A stretch of DNA of 64,000 nucleotides from Poseidonia sp. GTDB lineage: Archaea; Thermoplasmatota; Poseidoniia; Poseidoniales; Poseidoniaceae. The stretch spans positions 128,001 through 192,000 of the forward strand of contig CBFIDD010000001.1 in NCBI GenBank assembly GCA_965661285.1, given 5' to 3'. The notes beneath the pieces were generated by a model. It saw nothing but the letters and a program-made list of their open reading frames with translations. It searched no databases and was not told the DNA's origin. Position 1 is the first letter of the stretch. Each line of letters opens with the position of its first letter. Shown here in pieces: positions 27,570 through 37,200 of the stretch. A program made the position numbers and the translations under genes.

Positions 27570-29285
27570 TCAATTCTGGTTGACGCCGACCCATGTGTCG
27601 ATGGCTCGGCTGAAGTGGTCCCAACCGTTGGAGTAGTACAACCCGAGCAGGTCAAACACGTCGTCATAATGGGTCAAATCGCGGTCGGCCATGCGTTGAA
27701 TCGCGTCCGCTCGGCGAAGCATCTCGTCGTAGATGTCGCGCTTGTTGGCGAAACCCGCCATCGCTGCAATCTTGTTTTCAAGCAAATGCGACTGGAACAT
27801 ACCGCGGAAATAGTGCTTGTCTTTGACGGGGTCCCACTCAAACATACCACGGGTCAACACACCGTCGCTGTGCTTGTTGTAGCCGATGACCTCGTCAATA
27901 CCGGTGATACGACGGGCGATACCGCCACCGGGTGCTTCCACCACCTCTTGGAAAATGGCGAAGTTCAGGTTGTCAAAGAACCGAATGGGGACGTTGATTG
28001 GGTCGCCGGTAAAACGCTGAATCATCTTGACGATGGAGGATGCGTGGAAGGTCGCAATGACCGGGTGACCGGTTTGCATGGCCTGGAACGCCGTTGCACC
28101 TTCCACACCACGAATTTCACCGATGATGATGTAGCGGGGTCGGCTTCGCAGCGCCGCTTTGAGAAGGTCGAACATTTCCACTCGAGAGTCCTCGTTCTTC
28201 GCATCACGGGTGACAAGGCGCTGCCAAATCTTGTGGCGCACCTTCACTTCAGGCGTGTCTTCTGCGGAGTAGATTTTCACGTTGTGGTCGATAAACGGAA
28301 GAATGGCATTGAGCGTCGTGGTCTTTCCCGATGCGGTTTCTCCCGATACGAGCACGGACATGCCGTATTCGAGACAAATCCAGATGTAAGCCGCTTGCTG
28401 CGCTGACATGGTGCCCCATTTGATGAGTTGAATGACCGAGATGGTTTCCTCGGCGAATTTTCGGATGGTGAAGGACGGCCCGAGCATGGACACGTCGTCG
28501 GAGAAGATGATGTTGATACGGGAACCGTCGAGAAGCACACCGTCGATGATGGGTTTGTTGTCCGAAACCGGACGACCGATACGTTCGGACATGGCTCGCA
28601 AATAGCGAGAAAGGAGTTCGCGTTCACGGAACCGGATGTTGGAGGTGACCATACCAAACACCTTGTGATCCATGTGGATGTGTTTGAGCCCCACCGAGTG
28701 AATATCTTCCAGCATCTCGTCGGAAAGCAGCGGTTCAAGCGGGCCGTTTCGAATCAAATCCCGAATGACAACATAGCTCAGCCGCTCACGTTGGGCTTGG
28801 GTCACGGTCAGCCGCTTGTCGTCCATGCCGACCATCTCCCACAAGCGTCCTTGCCGACGGACCATGTTGCGGGCTTCACTGTCAAGAATCGTGTAGCGCT
28901 CGATCATCTGTTCGAGGATGTTTTCAAATTCGTTATCCGTGGTGAACGAGGGTGCCGTGGGCGCTTCTTGGAGGAGCGTTTCAACAAGTTCTCGGCGTAT
29001 GTTTTCCTCCTCTTCGGTAAGTTGAGGCTCCAGCCCGAACCAGAGGACGGTTCCACCACCGTCGTCATCGGCCGGAGGCTCGTAAATGTGAACGAAAATT
29101 GGCTCCCGTGTCACGTAGATGAGATTGAGCGGGCGTTGCTTCTTGGCATCCCTGTCAAGCGGACCGTAATACATCGGGCGAGAACCGTAGCGCATCTCAA
29201 AGTCACGCACCCACTCTGCAACGTGGGGATAGGCCGCCATGACGCCGTTGAGGTCGCCCTTTGCAAATCGTGGTTCGTCCGCCAT
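27570..29285 (-). CDS. arlI: Archaellum ATPase ArlI (FlaI)
   Basis: GETASGKTT, SAEDTPE, LRSRPRYIIIGEIRG, AMQTGH, TFHA. Confidence 0.95.
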   Translation of the reverse strand: MADEPRFAKGDLNGVMAAYPHVAEWVRDFEMRYGSRPMYYGPLDRDAKKQRPLNLIYVTREPIFVHIYEPPADDDGGGTVLWFGLEPQLTEEEENIRRELVETLLQEAPTAPSFTTDNEFENILEQMIERYTILDSEARNMVRRQGRLWEMVGMDDKRLTVTQAQRERLSYVVIRDLIRNGPLEPLLSDEMLEDIHSVGLKHIHMDHKVFGMVTSNIRFRERELLSRYLRAMSERIGRPVSDNKPIIDGVLLDGSRINIIFSDDVSMLGPSFTIRKFAEETISVIQLIKWGTMSAQQAAYIWICLEYGMSVLVSGETASGKTTTLNAILPFIDHNVKIYSAEDTPEVKVRHKIWQRLVTRDAKNEDSRVEMFDLLKAALRSRPRYIIIGEIRGVEGATAFQAMQTGHPVIATFHASSIVKMIQRFTGDPINVPIRFFDNLNFAIFQEVVEAPGGGIARRITGIDEVIGYNKHSDGVLTRGMFEWDPVKDKHYFRGMFQSHLLENKIAAMAGFANKRDIYDEMLRRADAIQRMADRDLTHYDDVFDLLGLYYSNGWDHFSRAIDTWVGVNQN

Positions 29286-29298
29286 GATATCGCCCCTG

Positions 29299-30036
29299 TC
29301 AGCTCACCGCCGTGATGTCAACGATGAAGCCCATGCCGGGCTCAACACGCCAACCGATCGAGGTTTGAATCGGTCCGGCCGCACGTAGGAATCGGGTGAT
29401 GATGATGTTGCGTTTGATTTCTCCCCCGATCATGGCGTTGTCCAAATCGAGGACCACTTCAGCCGAAGCGCGCAGGCTGTGAAGCATGGCGGCGTCCATC
29501 TCCTCTGGGTCTGCACAAAGCATGATTGAACGACCGTCTGAAGCGATTTTTCGAAGTTGTTGAATCATGGCAAAATGGTCTGCTTTTGTGCCGCCCTCGG
29601 GCATCAAGGAACTGGCAGAATCCAAGACGATGACGTCAGCAGCGGGGATGGCTGGACTGTTGAGAACATCCTGAAGGCTGACGTCTTGACGGGAATCGGC
29701 AATGGTACCGTACCTGCTCAAGACCATCACTTGGCCCTTGCGCATGGCTTCGGTCATGCCATAACCGATGCTTTCCATCTGCTCAACCCAGCCTCGGGTG
29801 GTTAATTCTGTCGTGATGACCAGGACTTTGACGCCGTTGTGAACCATGCCGTGTATCAGCCGTTGCGCAATCAGCGACTTCCCCGCACCCACTTTCCCTT
29901 GAAGGAGGTAGAGAGAGCGATTGGGAAGTTTCAATCCCATCGAATCCGCAAGCGAGTCCGTTTCCACTTCAAAGGGGAACCCGTCTTCAATCGGCTTGTG
30001 TGCCGTCATGAAGGGGTTTTCATCAGGCGAAAGCAT
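29299..30036 (-). CDS. arlH: Archaellum KaiC/RecA-like protein ArlH (FlaH)
   Basis: GKVGAGKS, TTELT, VIVLDS, WRVEPGMG; GGAGGTGA SD. Confidence 0.9.
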   Translation of the reverse strand: MLSPDENPFMTAHKPIEDGFPFEVETDSLADSMGLKLPNRSLYLLQGKVGAGKSLIAQRLIHGMVHNGVKVLVITTELTTRGWVEQMESIGYGMTEAMRKGQVMVLSRYGTIADSRQDVSLQDVLNSPAIPAADVIVLDSASSLMPEGGTKADHFAMIQQLRKIASDGRSIMLCADPEEMDAAMLHSLRASAEVVLDLDNAMIGGEIKRNIIITRFLRAAGPIQTSIGWRVEPGMGFIVDITAVS

Positions 30037-30514
30037 TCAATCTCACCTCCGCATTGGTCGCTGCCGAGTGGGTGTGGCCACTGATGCTTTCCGAGACGCC
30101 AACAAAATACACGAAAATATCCTGTCCGTTTTGGAAGTTCCAGGAACCGTTGAACAGGACGACCTGCAAGAGATCGCCCGGGTTCCAGTCCGTGCCGCTC
30201 GGGAGGACGGTTTCTGTTGTCGAATTCGGCGCTGCACCGTTGATGAGCACCTCATAGGTCGTCGTATCCAGATCGTATGCACCGGTGTTCAGGAAGAACA
30301 GCGTGATGGTGTCGGCCGTCGAATTGTAGGCAACCATCGCTGGGTCGCCCGCCAACGCAACACTCACGCCGTCTTTGTCGGCTGAAGCACGCTCCTGGGT
30401 TTGCACCACGCGCACTGCATCACTCCATTCGGAAATGAGCACGGCGCTGGCACCGCCTGAGATCAGCAAGCCCGTGATGAGCATGATCATCGTAGAAGCA
30501 CCTCCATCTGCCAT
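30023..30514 (-). CDS. arlG: Archaellum stator protein ArlG (FlaG)
   Basis: N-terminal TM, GDP, LNTG, WNPGD motifs; position between arlF and arlH. Confidence 0.85.
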   Translation of the reverse strand: MADGGASTMIMLITGLLISGGASAVLISEWSDAVRVVQTQERASADKDGVSVALAGDPAMVAYNSTADTITLFFLNTGAYDLDTTTYEVLINGAAPNSTTETVLPSGTDWNPGDLLQVVLFNGSWNFQNGQDIFVYFVGVSESISGHTHSAATNAEVRLNAFA

Positions 30515-30518
30515 GCCA

Positions 30519-31166
30519 TCACCAGAGTCCGTGCGAAACGGTGGTCTCGCCCACCGTGAGCGTCAGTCGTTCGTCTCCAGGCAAGCCCGTATTGAACCAA
30601 TCAAGGAACAGGGTTTCTCCTGAAAACCACAGATTGGTCAACGGCGGGTTGTAGACCGTTGAAAATAGCGTTGCATCTTGCCCGTCGAGGAAGAGCCATG
30701 CGTCGTCGTGGGCGATGGTGGTCGAACCTGTATTGGTAAGGTTCGCATACACCACATTGCCAAGGGTGGGGGTAAAGCTCGCGGTTGAGGTTGGTGTTCC
30801 TCCACCGTTCACCACCAAGGTCGGGAGCGCTGAATAATTGCCGTGGCTGGTGATGACCACGGACGTGATGGCTCCTGTTACGTTGTTGATGGCGTAGGTG
30901 GCAGAAAACCCGCCAGTACCGCTTGAGGCTTCGATGGTCCCGCCGCTGCTGTAGCCTGCGCCGCCGTTTCCGATGGTAACATCCACAACAGCGCCGGTGA
31001 AGATCACCGCGTCGTCGATGGTGAAGGATGGTGCGGGTTCGTCTGCTTCTTCAATCCGGTCAACGCCGGACTCAATCTGCAACGAAATGGCTTGGTACGC
31101 CATGGAAAACACCACCAGCATCGAAATGCCGATGATGAGTCCGCCTACACCAACCGAAGCACCCAT
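30519..31166 (-). CDS. arlF: Archaellum stator protein ArlF (FlaF) with internal insertion
   Basis: MGASV... N-terminal TM, LTNTGSTTI, LFLDG, LWFSGETL motifs; ~75-aa Gly/Thr-rich insert. Confidence 0.8.
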   Translation of the reverse strand: MGASVGVGGLIIGISMLVVFSMAYQAISLQIESGVDRIEEADEPAPSFTIDDAVIFTGAVVDVTIGNGGAGYSSGGTIEASSGTGGFSATYAINNVTGAITSVVITSHGNYSALPTLVVNGGGTPTSTASFTPTLGNVVYANLTNTGSTTIAHDDAWLFLDGQDATLFSTVYNPPLTNLWFSGETLFLDWFNTGLPGDERLTLTVGETTVSHGLW

Positions 31167-31167
31167 G

Positions 31168-32028
31168 TCACTCTTCTCCTCTTAGTGCGTGAAGTTGTCG
31201 CCAGGACGAGACCAGTGCGGAGAACACAAGCAGTTGCCTGTGGGGCAAATGGTCCTCAAGCGCTGTTTCCGGGTCGCCGGGTTCTGCCAACTGAACGATG
31301 GCGAGTACAGCGTCGCCTTCTTCCTGCGTCAGCATACCGGACTCCATGGCTTTCTGGGTGAAACTCACCGCTGCCATGCCGGACATGTGGTCGAGCAAGA
31401 GCGCCGCCACGGTGGGTGCGCCTGTGCTTGACTGTCCGTTTCCAGAACCGCTTGAACGAGGGGCGACGAGGAACGGGTTGGCTGCCAAGGCTTGCGCCTC
31501 GTACAGTTCCACCAGTTGACCCTGGTCGTCTTCCATCATCCGGGATGTGCCGCCAACTTCCACCACTTCACCGCTTGCGGTGATGATGCGGTCGCCGGTA
31601 GCGCCGTCAGTGTCGTCATCGGATTCATCGGCGTCGATACCTTCGCCGTCAGCACCGGTTTCTGTGTTGACGGATACTCCCTCATCGAGGCGATGTTCCA
31701 CCATTCGCAGAACATCTTCAACCATGTCAAGACGGCTGCTGATGAGTCGCTCAAGGCCAGAGGTGTCCACGGTCGCAGGGGCTGCTGGCACCGGCGGTTG
31801 GGCAGGTGCAAGCGTGGCTGCAACGTTCGGGACGCTTTGCTGGCTGTTGATCCGGGCTCGTGTTGGTCCGGGGGAAATGGTCCACGCATCCTCTTCTGTG
31901 AGCATCCCCTGTTCAGGGAACGGCACCTGTTCAATGGCCACGTTGGCCAAGATTTTCAGGCGCTCTTCGCTCAAGTTTTGGTCTGCGCTTTTGTTTCCAC
32001 CAGAGTTTCCACTAAATGGCCATGCCAT
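31168..32028 (-). CDS. Putative divergent ArlC/D/E-like cytoplasmic archaellum protein
   Basis: Sits between archaellins and arlF; coiled coil, acidic linker, C-terminal helical domain loosely resembling the FlaD/E domain; GGAGG SD. Confidence 0.6.
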   Translation of the reverse strand: MAWPFSGNSGGNKSADQNLSEERLKILANVAIEQVPFPEQGMLTEEDAWTISPGPTRARINSQQSVPNVAATLAPAQPPVPAAPATVDTSGLERLISSRLDMVEDVLRMVEHRLDEGVSVNTETGADGEGIDADESDDDTDGATGDRIITASGEVVEVGGTSRMMEDDQGQLVELYEAQALAANPFLVAPRSSGSGNGQSSTGAPTVAALLLDHMSGMAAVSFTQKAMESGMLTQEEGDAVLAIVQLAEPGDPETALEDHLPHRQLLVFSALVSSWRQLHALRGEE

Positions 32029-32043
32029 TGTAAAAACCTCCTT

Positions 32044-32073
32044 TCCAAGATATCACCGAAGTGATGTCTTGGA
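32044..32073 (-). terminator. Stem-loop with cUUCGg tetraloop after the archaellin pair
   Basis: Minus strand TCCAAGACATCAC-TTCG-GTGATATCTTGGA: 13-bp stem with one mismatch. Confidence 0.7.
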
Positions 32074-32077
32074 GGGA

Positions 32078-32662
32078 TCAAACAACGATGGCACCTGCGG
32101 TGTCGTCGTCAACGTTGAAGGTCTCAAACGTGGATCCACCGTTGGAAACGTGGAGGTAGAGTTGAGCCTCACCGTCGTCCGTAAGAACGGCGTCTGCCGA
32201 ACAGTCATCGCCGCCACTGGCGTCGAGGGTCAATCGGTAGGCCGTACCCGGCATCAGGTCGTTACCGACCAGCGCCGTCCCGTCCATCTCGACGTAAGCC
32301 ATTTCAGCACCTGCACCCGTACCTGCAACAGAATCACCTTCAACCGCTCCGTTCTCACAGAACATCTGGAAGGTCACCTGATCGATGTTGGTAATTTCAC
32401 TGCCAGGAGCCAGTTTCACGAAAAGCATGTAACTGTCGCCTGCAGCGGCCGTGTCGACGAAGGCCGTGTCGATGAAGAGCTTGCCGGCCATGTTGTCAGC
32501 AGTGTCGTCACCAGCGGTCTGAGCGTTTTGTTGCAACTTCTCAGCTGTTTGGATGATGACAGCAGCCGCAACTGCAGCCACAAGAATGAGGGCAATGAAG
32601 ACGATCATGGCGCCAATACCGATGGCCGCCACGTTGTCTCGGGATTCGTTGTTGGTCTTCAA
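32078..32662 (-). CDS. arlB: Archaellin (ArlB/FlaB)
   Basis: AIGIGAMIVFIALILVAAVAAAVIIQTAEKLQQ, KLAPGS; TTG start overlapping the upstream TGA. Confidence 0.93.
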   Translation of the reverse strand: MKTNNESRDNVAAIGIGAMIVFIALILVAAVAAAVIIQTAEKLQQNAQTAGDDTADNMAGKLFIDTAFVDTAAAGDSYMLFVKLAPGSEITNIDQVTFQMFCENGAVEGDSVAGTGAGAEMAYVEMDGTALVGNDLMPGTAYRLTLDASGGDDCSADAVLTDDGEAQLYLHVSNGGSTFETFNVDDDTAGAIVV

Positions 32663-33210
32663 ATGACCACCGCCCCAGCAGTTACGTCGCCGCCGTAGTT
32701 GAGAACTTCGAAGGTTTGACCTCCGCCACCTGCTTGGAACAGGATGGTGTGCTCAGCGTTGGCTGTTGGGTTGCAGTTGGCCGTCGTCAGCGAGGTGACG
32801 TAGGTGTTTCCTGCTTCGATGGTCGTGGATGTTGTGCCGGTGTCGCCGATGATGTGGGTCGCACCCGCAGGGGCGGTCGCCAAGTCATCTTCATCTACGC
32901 CGGCAGCGCACACGATGGTCCACTGAATGTCTTCCGTGACCACATCGTCTGAACCGGGTGCGAGTTCGAAGGTCACATCAAGTTGGTTTGCACCACCAAC
33001 AATGACGTTGACCACGAACAAACGGGCTGCCATGGAGTCCGTTGTGTCCTGTCCGGTCGTCTGTGCGTTTTGCTGCAACTTCTCGGCCGTCTGGATGATG
33101 ACCGCAGCTGCCACCGCAGCAACCAGAATCAAGGCAATGAAGACAATCATTGCACCAATACCGATCGCAGCGATGTTGTCGCTTTGTTCGTTCTTTCTTT
33201 CGTTTTTCAT
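32659..33210 (-). CDS. arlB: Archaellin (ArlB/FlaB)
   Basis: Same conserved N-terminal helix, ELAPGS; ATG 33210 preceded by GGTGA SD (alternative ATG at 33222). Confidence 0.93.
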   Translation of the reverse strand: MKNERKNEQSDNIAAIGIGAMIVFIALILVAAVAAAVIIQTAEKLQQNAQTTGQDTTDSMAARLFVVNVIVGGANQLDVTFELAPGSDDVVTEDIQWTIVCAAGVDEDDLATAPAGATHIIGDTGTTSTTIEAGNTYVTSLTTANCNPTANAEHTILFQAGGGGQTFEVLNYGGDVTAGAVVI

Positions 33211-33266
33211 GTTTTTCACCATTTTTTTGTTTTATCCCCCGCCGTTGCGGGTGGAATTGGATGCGG

Positions 33267-34214
33267 TCAAAGAGCACCTCCTTGACCGAGGTTGATGCGA
33301 AGCGGCATGCGGATGACAGCCACCTCGTCGGGAGCAAGATTACGGATGAACGGGACTTCGTCAGCGGAAAAACCCGAGGGGATCCACGGCGTGAGGAGCA
33401 CTTCGGAAAGCGGTTCCATGGAGCGGTTTTGAACCCGCATGGTGACCGTGATTTCGCCCGAGCGCATCTCGTAGGCCGTCGCCACAGAGAGTTTTCGAGT
33501 GAGCGGTATGTCCTCGGATGAGAGACGGTAATCTGGCTGAATGTCAAAGCGAAGCGGGATGTTTCCTCCCGGGGCGATGATGGGCAAATCCACGTTGGGC
33601 GGGTTCGCGGTCCAGCCCTCGGGCACGGGTGGCTTCAAACGAAGCATGGGCATCGGGATGGGGCCGTCGTTGATGATGCGAACCAACAAGACTCCCGTCT
33701 CGCCACCGGCTGGCCAGCGCGTGTCAACCCCCATCCAAAAGTGGCGGAACAAGAACGGGTTCAGGGTGGAGGTGTTGCCACCGATCATGTCTTCGAGCAA
33801 GTCCTCGACCTCGTCGGTAGAAGCACGGATATCGCCGATTTCGGCTGCTGCGGTGGCTTCACGCAACTTGTAGAGAATGCGTTCGGCTTCTTCGAGTGAG
33901 ATATGCTTGTGGACAAGGAGCCGATGAAGCATGGCAATGCTGCGGCGAAGGTGAAGGACGTCTTCTTCCAATTCCTCAAGCGTACGTTCGGCTCGCTTCA
34001 ATGTCTTCCGGGCCTTCCCGAGTTGATGCAAGCTCAAGTGGACCTTGGCCTCGCCCAAGTCCATGTCGGTCTCGGTGAGGGAAGGATTCTCTCGCTTCGC
34101 TGCTTGCCTGGCGATGCGCTCCAAGGTCTGTGACGCTTCACGGATGCCTTGTTCGCGCAGCGCACGCTCTTCACGCACGACGTCCTCTGGAACATCCGTG
34201 CCGTCCTCAGTCAT
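33267..34214 (-). CDS. Hypothetical cytoplasmic protein: N-terminal helical/coiled coil, C-terminal Ig-like domains
   Basis: Start re-called at MTEDGTD (8-nt overlap with upstream stop), 315 aa; VRIINDG...VPEGW...IAPG and VQNRS...LAPDE beta-sandwich patterns. Confidence 0.8.
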   Translation of the reverse strand: MTEDGTDVPEDVVREERALREQGIREASQTLERIARQAAKRENPSLTETDMDLGEAKVHLSLHQLGKARKTLKRAERTLEELEEDVLHLRRSIAMLHRLLVHKHISLEEAERILYKLREATAAAEIGDIRASTDEVEDLLEDMIGGNTSTLNPFLFRHFWMGVDTRWPAGGETGVLLVRIINDGPIPMPMLRLKPPVPEGWTANPPNVDLPIIAPGGNIPLRFDIQPDYRLSSEDIPLTRKLSVATAYEMRSGEITVTMRVQNRSMEPLSEVLLTPWIPSGFSADEVPFIRNLAPDEVAVIRMPLRINLGQGGAL

Positions 34215-37200
34215 CGCTTTCCACCTCCGTTGATGCTGGTGCGATGACGATCTGTGCCGGCGAGTTCGAGGAAGTCTCCTCCGGCTCGGAGACGTCCTCC
34301 CCGAGGAGGGCGCTGAAATCCAGGCCGTCGTCCGCAAGGTCGTTCAGGAGACGGGCTGGGTCGCCGAGGTCGCGCTCAATGCGAATGGACTTGATTTCCG
34401 CATCGGTCATGCGTCCGTAGAGGTTCCCGTACATCTTGTCCGAGCGCTTCAGCAGATACCACACGCCGACCATGATGGTGAAGAAGTACGTGGCCATGAC
34501 CACGAGGTTGTCGGAATCGGCCGACAGTTGCGGCGGCAGGCCAAGCACAATGGCCAGCATGCCGAGAATGGGAATGGAGAGAATGATGGTGAGTTGACGT
34601 CGGCTGTCTTTGAGCGCCTCAAAGTGGTCGGAATAAACGGTCGAAATACCCTTGCGAGCCCGCTGGTAATCTTCGTGAATCAGGCGGAACTCGTCGCTGC
34701 TCTTCCAGGTCATTCGCCAAATCCACAGGGCGCACAGGGCCAACACGGCAGGACCCCAGTATTGGACGTTGAACAAATGGAAGGCGAAACCAAACGCCAG
34801 AGCACCGGCGTACACACCGCCGAGCTGCCATTTTTCAGATTGGCTGGCAAGTCGGATGAAGATGAACGAAAGGAGCGCTGCGACCACACAGGCCACGAAG
34901 GCGATGGAGAGGTCGGGAGACCACGACTGAACGGTTTCTTGACCGAACTCCTGTCCTGATTCCCGGAGTGCTGCAGAATTGTCGTTGCTTTCGTCGTTGC
35001 CCGGGCCGACATAAAGGTAGGAGAGCGATGCATCGCAAAGAACGTCCTTGTTGACCTCCCACCAGTCGATGGTGATGGGTTTCACATTCCAAGTGAAGAC
35101 GTGTTCTTCGGTGGCGGCCAGCAACGGGTACATGTCCGGTGTGCTCAGGATGTCAACATCGCCATGGCAATCCAGCGAAGCAGAGACACCGAGCGCCTGG
35201 GCCGTTCCGAGATTGCGAACGGTTACGGAGTAGGTGGTTTCGACACCCTCGAGGAAGGCATCGGGATTTGATGGTCCTTGAGCGATGATGGCGGGGTTGG
35301 CAAAGACGGCCAGTTCATAGGTGAACGTGTCTTCTTCAAACACCGTGTAGCCAATGTTTTCGTCGGGGTGGTAGAGGCGGAAGGTCAGATCCCAGCCGTC
35401 CCCGGATAGGATGTGTGGCGTGTCGGGGGCGTCGATGACGAGTTGAATGGGTTCGCTGGTGACCCATGGTTGACGACTAGGTAGCGTGATGCGGGACTCT
35501 GGTCCCAGGGAGGTGGAGCCGCAGTAAGCCGACATGTTCAGCGGGTAATCCGTATCGTCGACACGGACGGCGAAGGACCACTCATAGAACGAAGCATTTT
35601 GCCCGAGATCACCCACATCAAGCAAGCGATCCGCTCGACAGAGTTCGAGTTCGTAGGGCACAGCGCTCTCAGGTCCAACCGGAATGTGAGAGTAGGTGAT
35701 AGGGAACACCTGCTCGCCGTTGTCCGAGGGAGGCGTGACGGCCGTATCGCCTTGTTCAAAGAAACGATTCATGCGTAGTTCCGTGGTGTATTCGGCACTC
35801 CCCTGAACGGCCGCTTCCTTCGGGTCAAGGGTGATAACGAGGTTGGCGGCCAGCGTGAGGGGGGGTTCGATGGCCACGCTTCGGACCGTAAATGTGAGAT
35901 CTTCGGGAATTCCGCGGCGGAGCAGGAGCGATGACGGGGCAGTTGACGAGACCTCCCAGTCCGTGCTCGGCGTGGTCAATCCTGCTTGGAACAGCGCGTA
36001 GGTGATGTTCACTTCGACATCCTTGTTGCCCGTGTTGATGACCCTGACATCCCAGCTCCGGCTGATGCCCCGGTGATAATCCATGCTGGTCGGCCAATCT
36101 TCGACCTCCACGATGAACAGCGGTGCCACGATGAAATTGAATCGATGCACCTCGAGTTCCTCCTGCGTGGTGGCGTTCAACACCCGCATGGTGACCGGAT
36201 AAAGCGCTCCGTTGAGCATGCTGTCGTCTTCGCCGAGCGCAGGAACATCGACATCAAAGCTGCCGCTGTAGGACTCACCCACACCAAGGGTGAGCGGGAC
36301 GCTGGCTGGCGCAACCGTCCAATTGCCTGCCACGCTGGTTTCAACCACAACGTTCTCAACGAGGTTGCCGTTGTTGATGAGGGAGAAATCTACAGTTTGG
36401 GACTCTCCTGGCACAACCCCAATTTCATCGAGGGTGCTCAAGACCATCCCATGCTGTTCGCTGATATTTCCCAAAATATTGGCAGAGAGGTTGAGGCCTG
36501 AATCCACGTTGGAAACCCACACGGTGGCGTAGTAATTGGCAGCCGCCAGGGCGTCGTTTGATGGCGTCATGCGCACGCGGACCGTGGATTCGTATCCAGC
36601 ACCGATTTCAACCACCGAAGGCGTTTCCAAGACGTAGTCAATTTCACCCGCATTGCTGGTGTCGAGATAAACGCCAAACTGAGCAGGGGTGTTGCCGTCG
36701 TTGCTGATGACCACGCTGGTCGTGAGCGTGTCGCCGATGGAGAGGTTCACGGTTTGGCTGGTTGGGGAAAGAGAGGCGTTCACCTTTTCACCGACGCGAA
36801 CCGGAACGTCGAACTCGGTGATGAAGATGCCCGTGGTCATTTCCCGGACCTCAATGGAGATCGGCTCGACGCTGTTGGCGGGAGCATTTGGCTCGGTGGT
36901 CACCACCAGCGGGAAGGTGACGATGTGGTCGGTTACATTGGATGGGTGGTTGGCCACATCGGCGGGAACATCGATGACGGTCGTGGACGGCATGATGCTG
37001 GTTGAGGAGAAGGACACGTCCCACCCGTCGGGAACATCGCTGAGCGTCAGGCGATAGGAGGTCATGTTGTTGCCCGTGTTGGCGAGGTCGATTTCGTACG
37101 CCGTCTCCTCGCCGACCATGGCGTCCACGGTGGTTCCGTTGTGCCCAAGAGCGTCCAGCACCGGCGGGATGTTGATGGTGAGCGTTTGGGTGATGGCTGT

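Noticed and set aside
32520-33170. Near-identical repeated segment in the two archaellin genes as a mobile or DGR-like repeat
   Set aside because: Explained by the conserved archaellin N-terminal helix with synonymous differences; no reverse transcriptase nearby.
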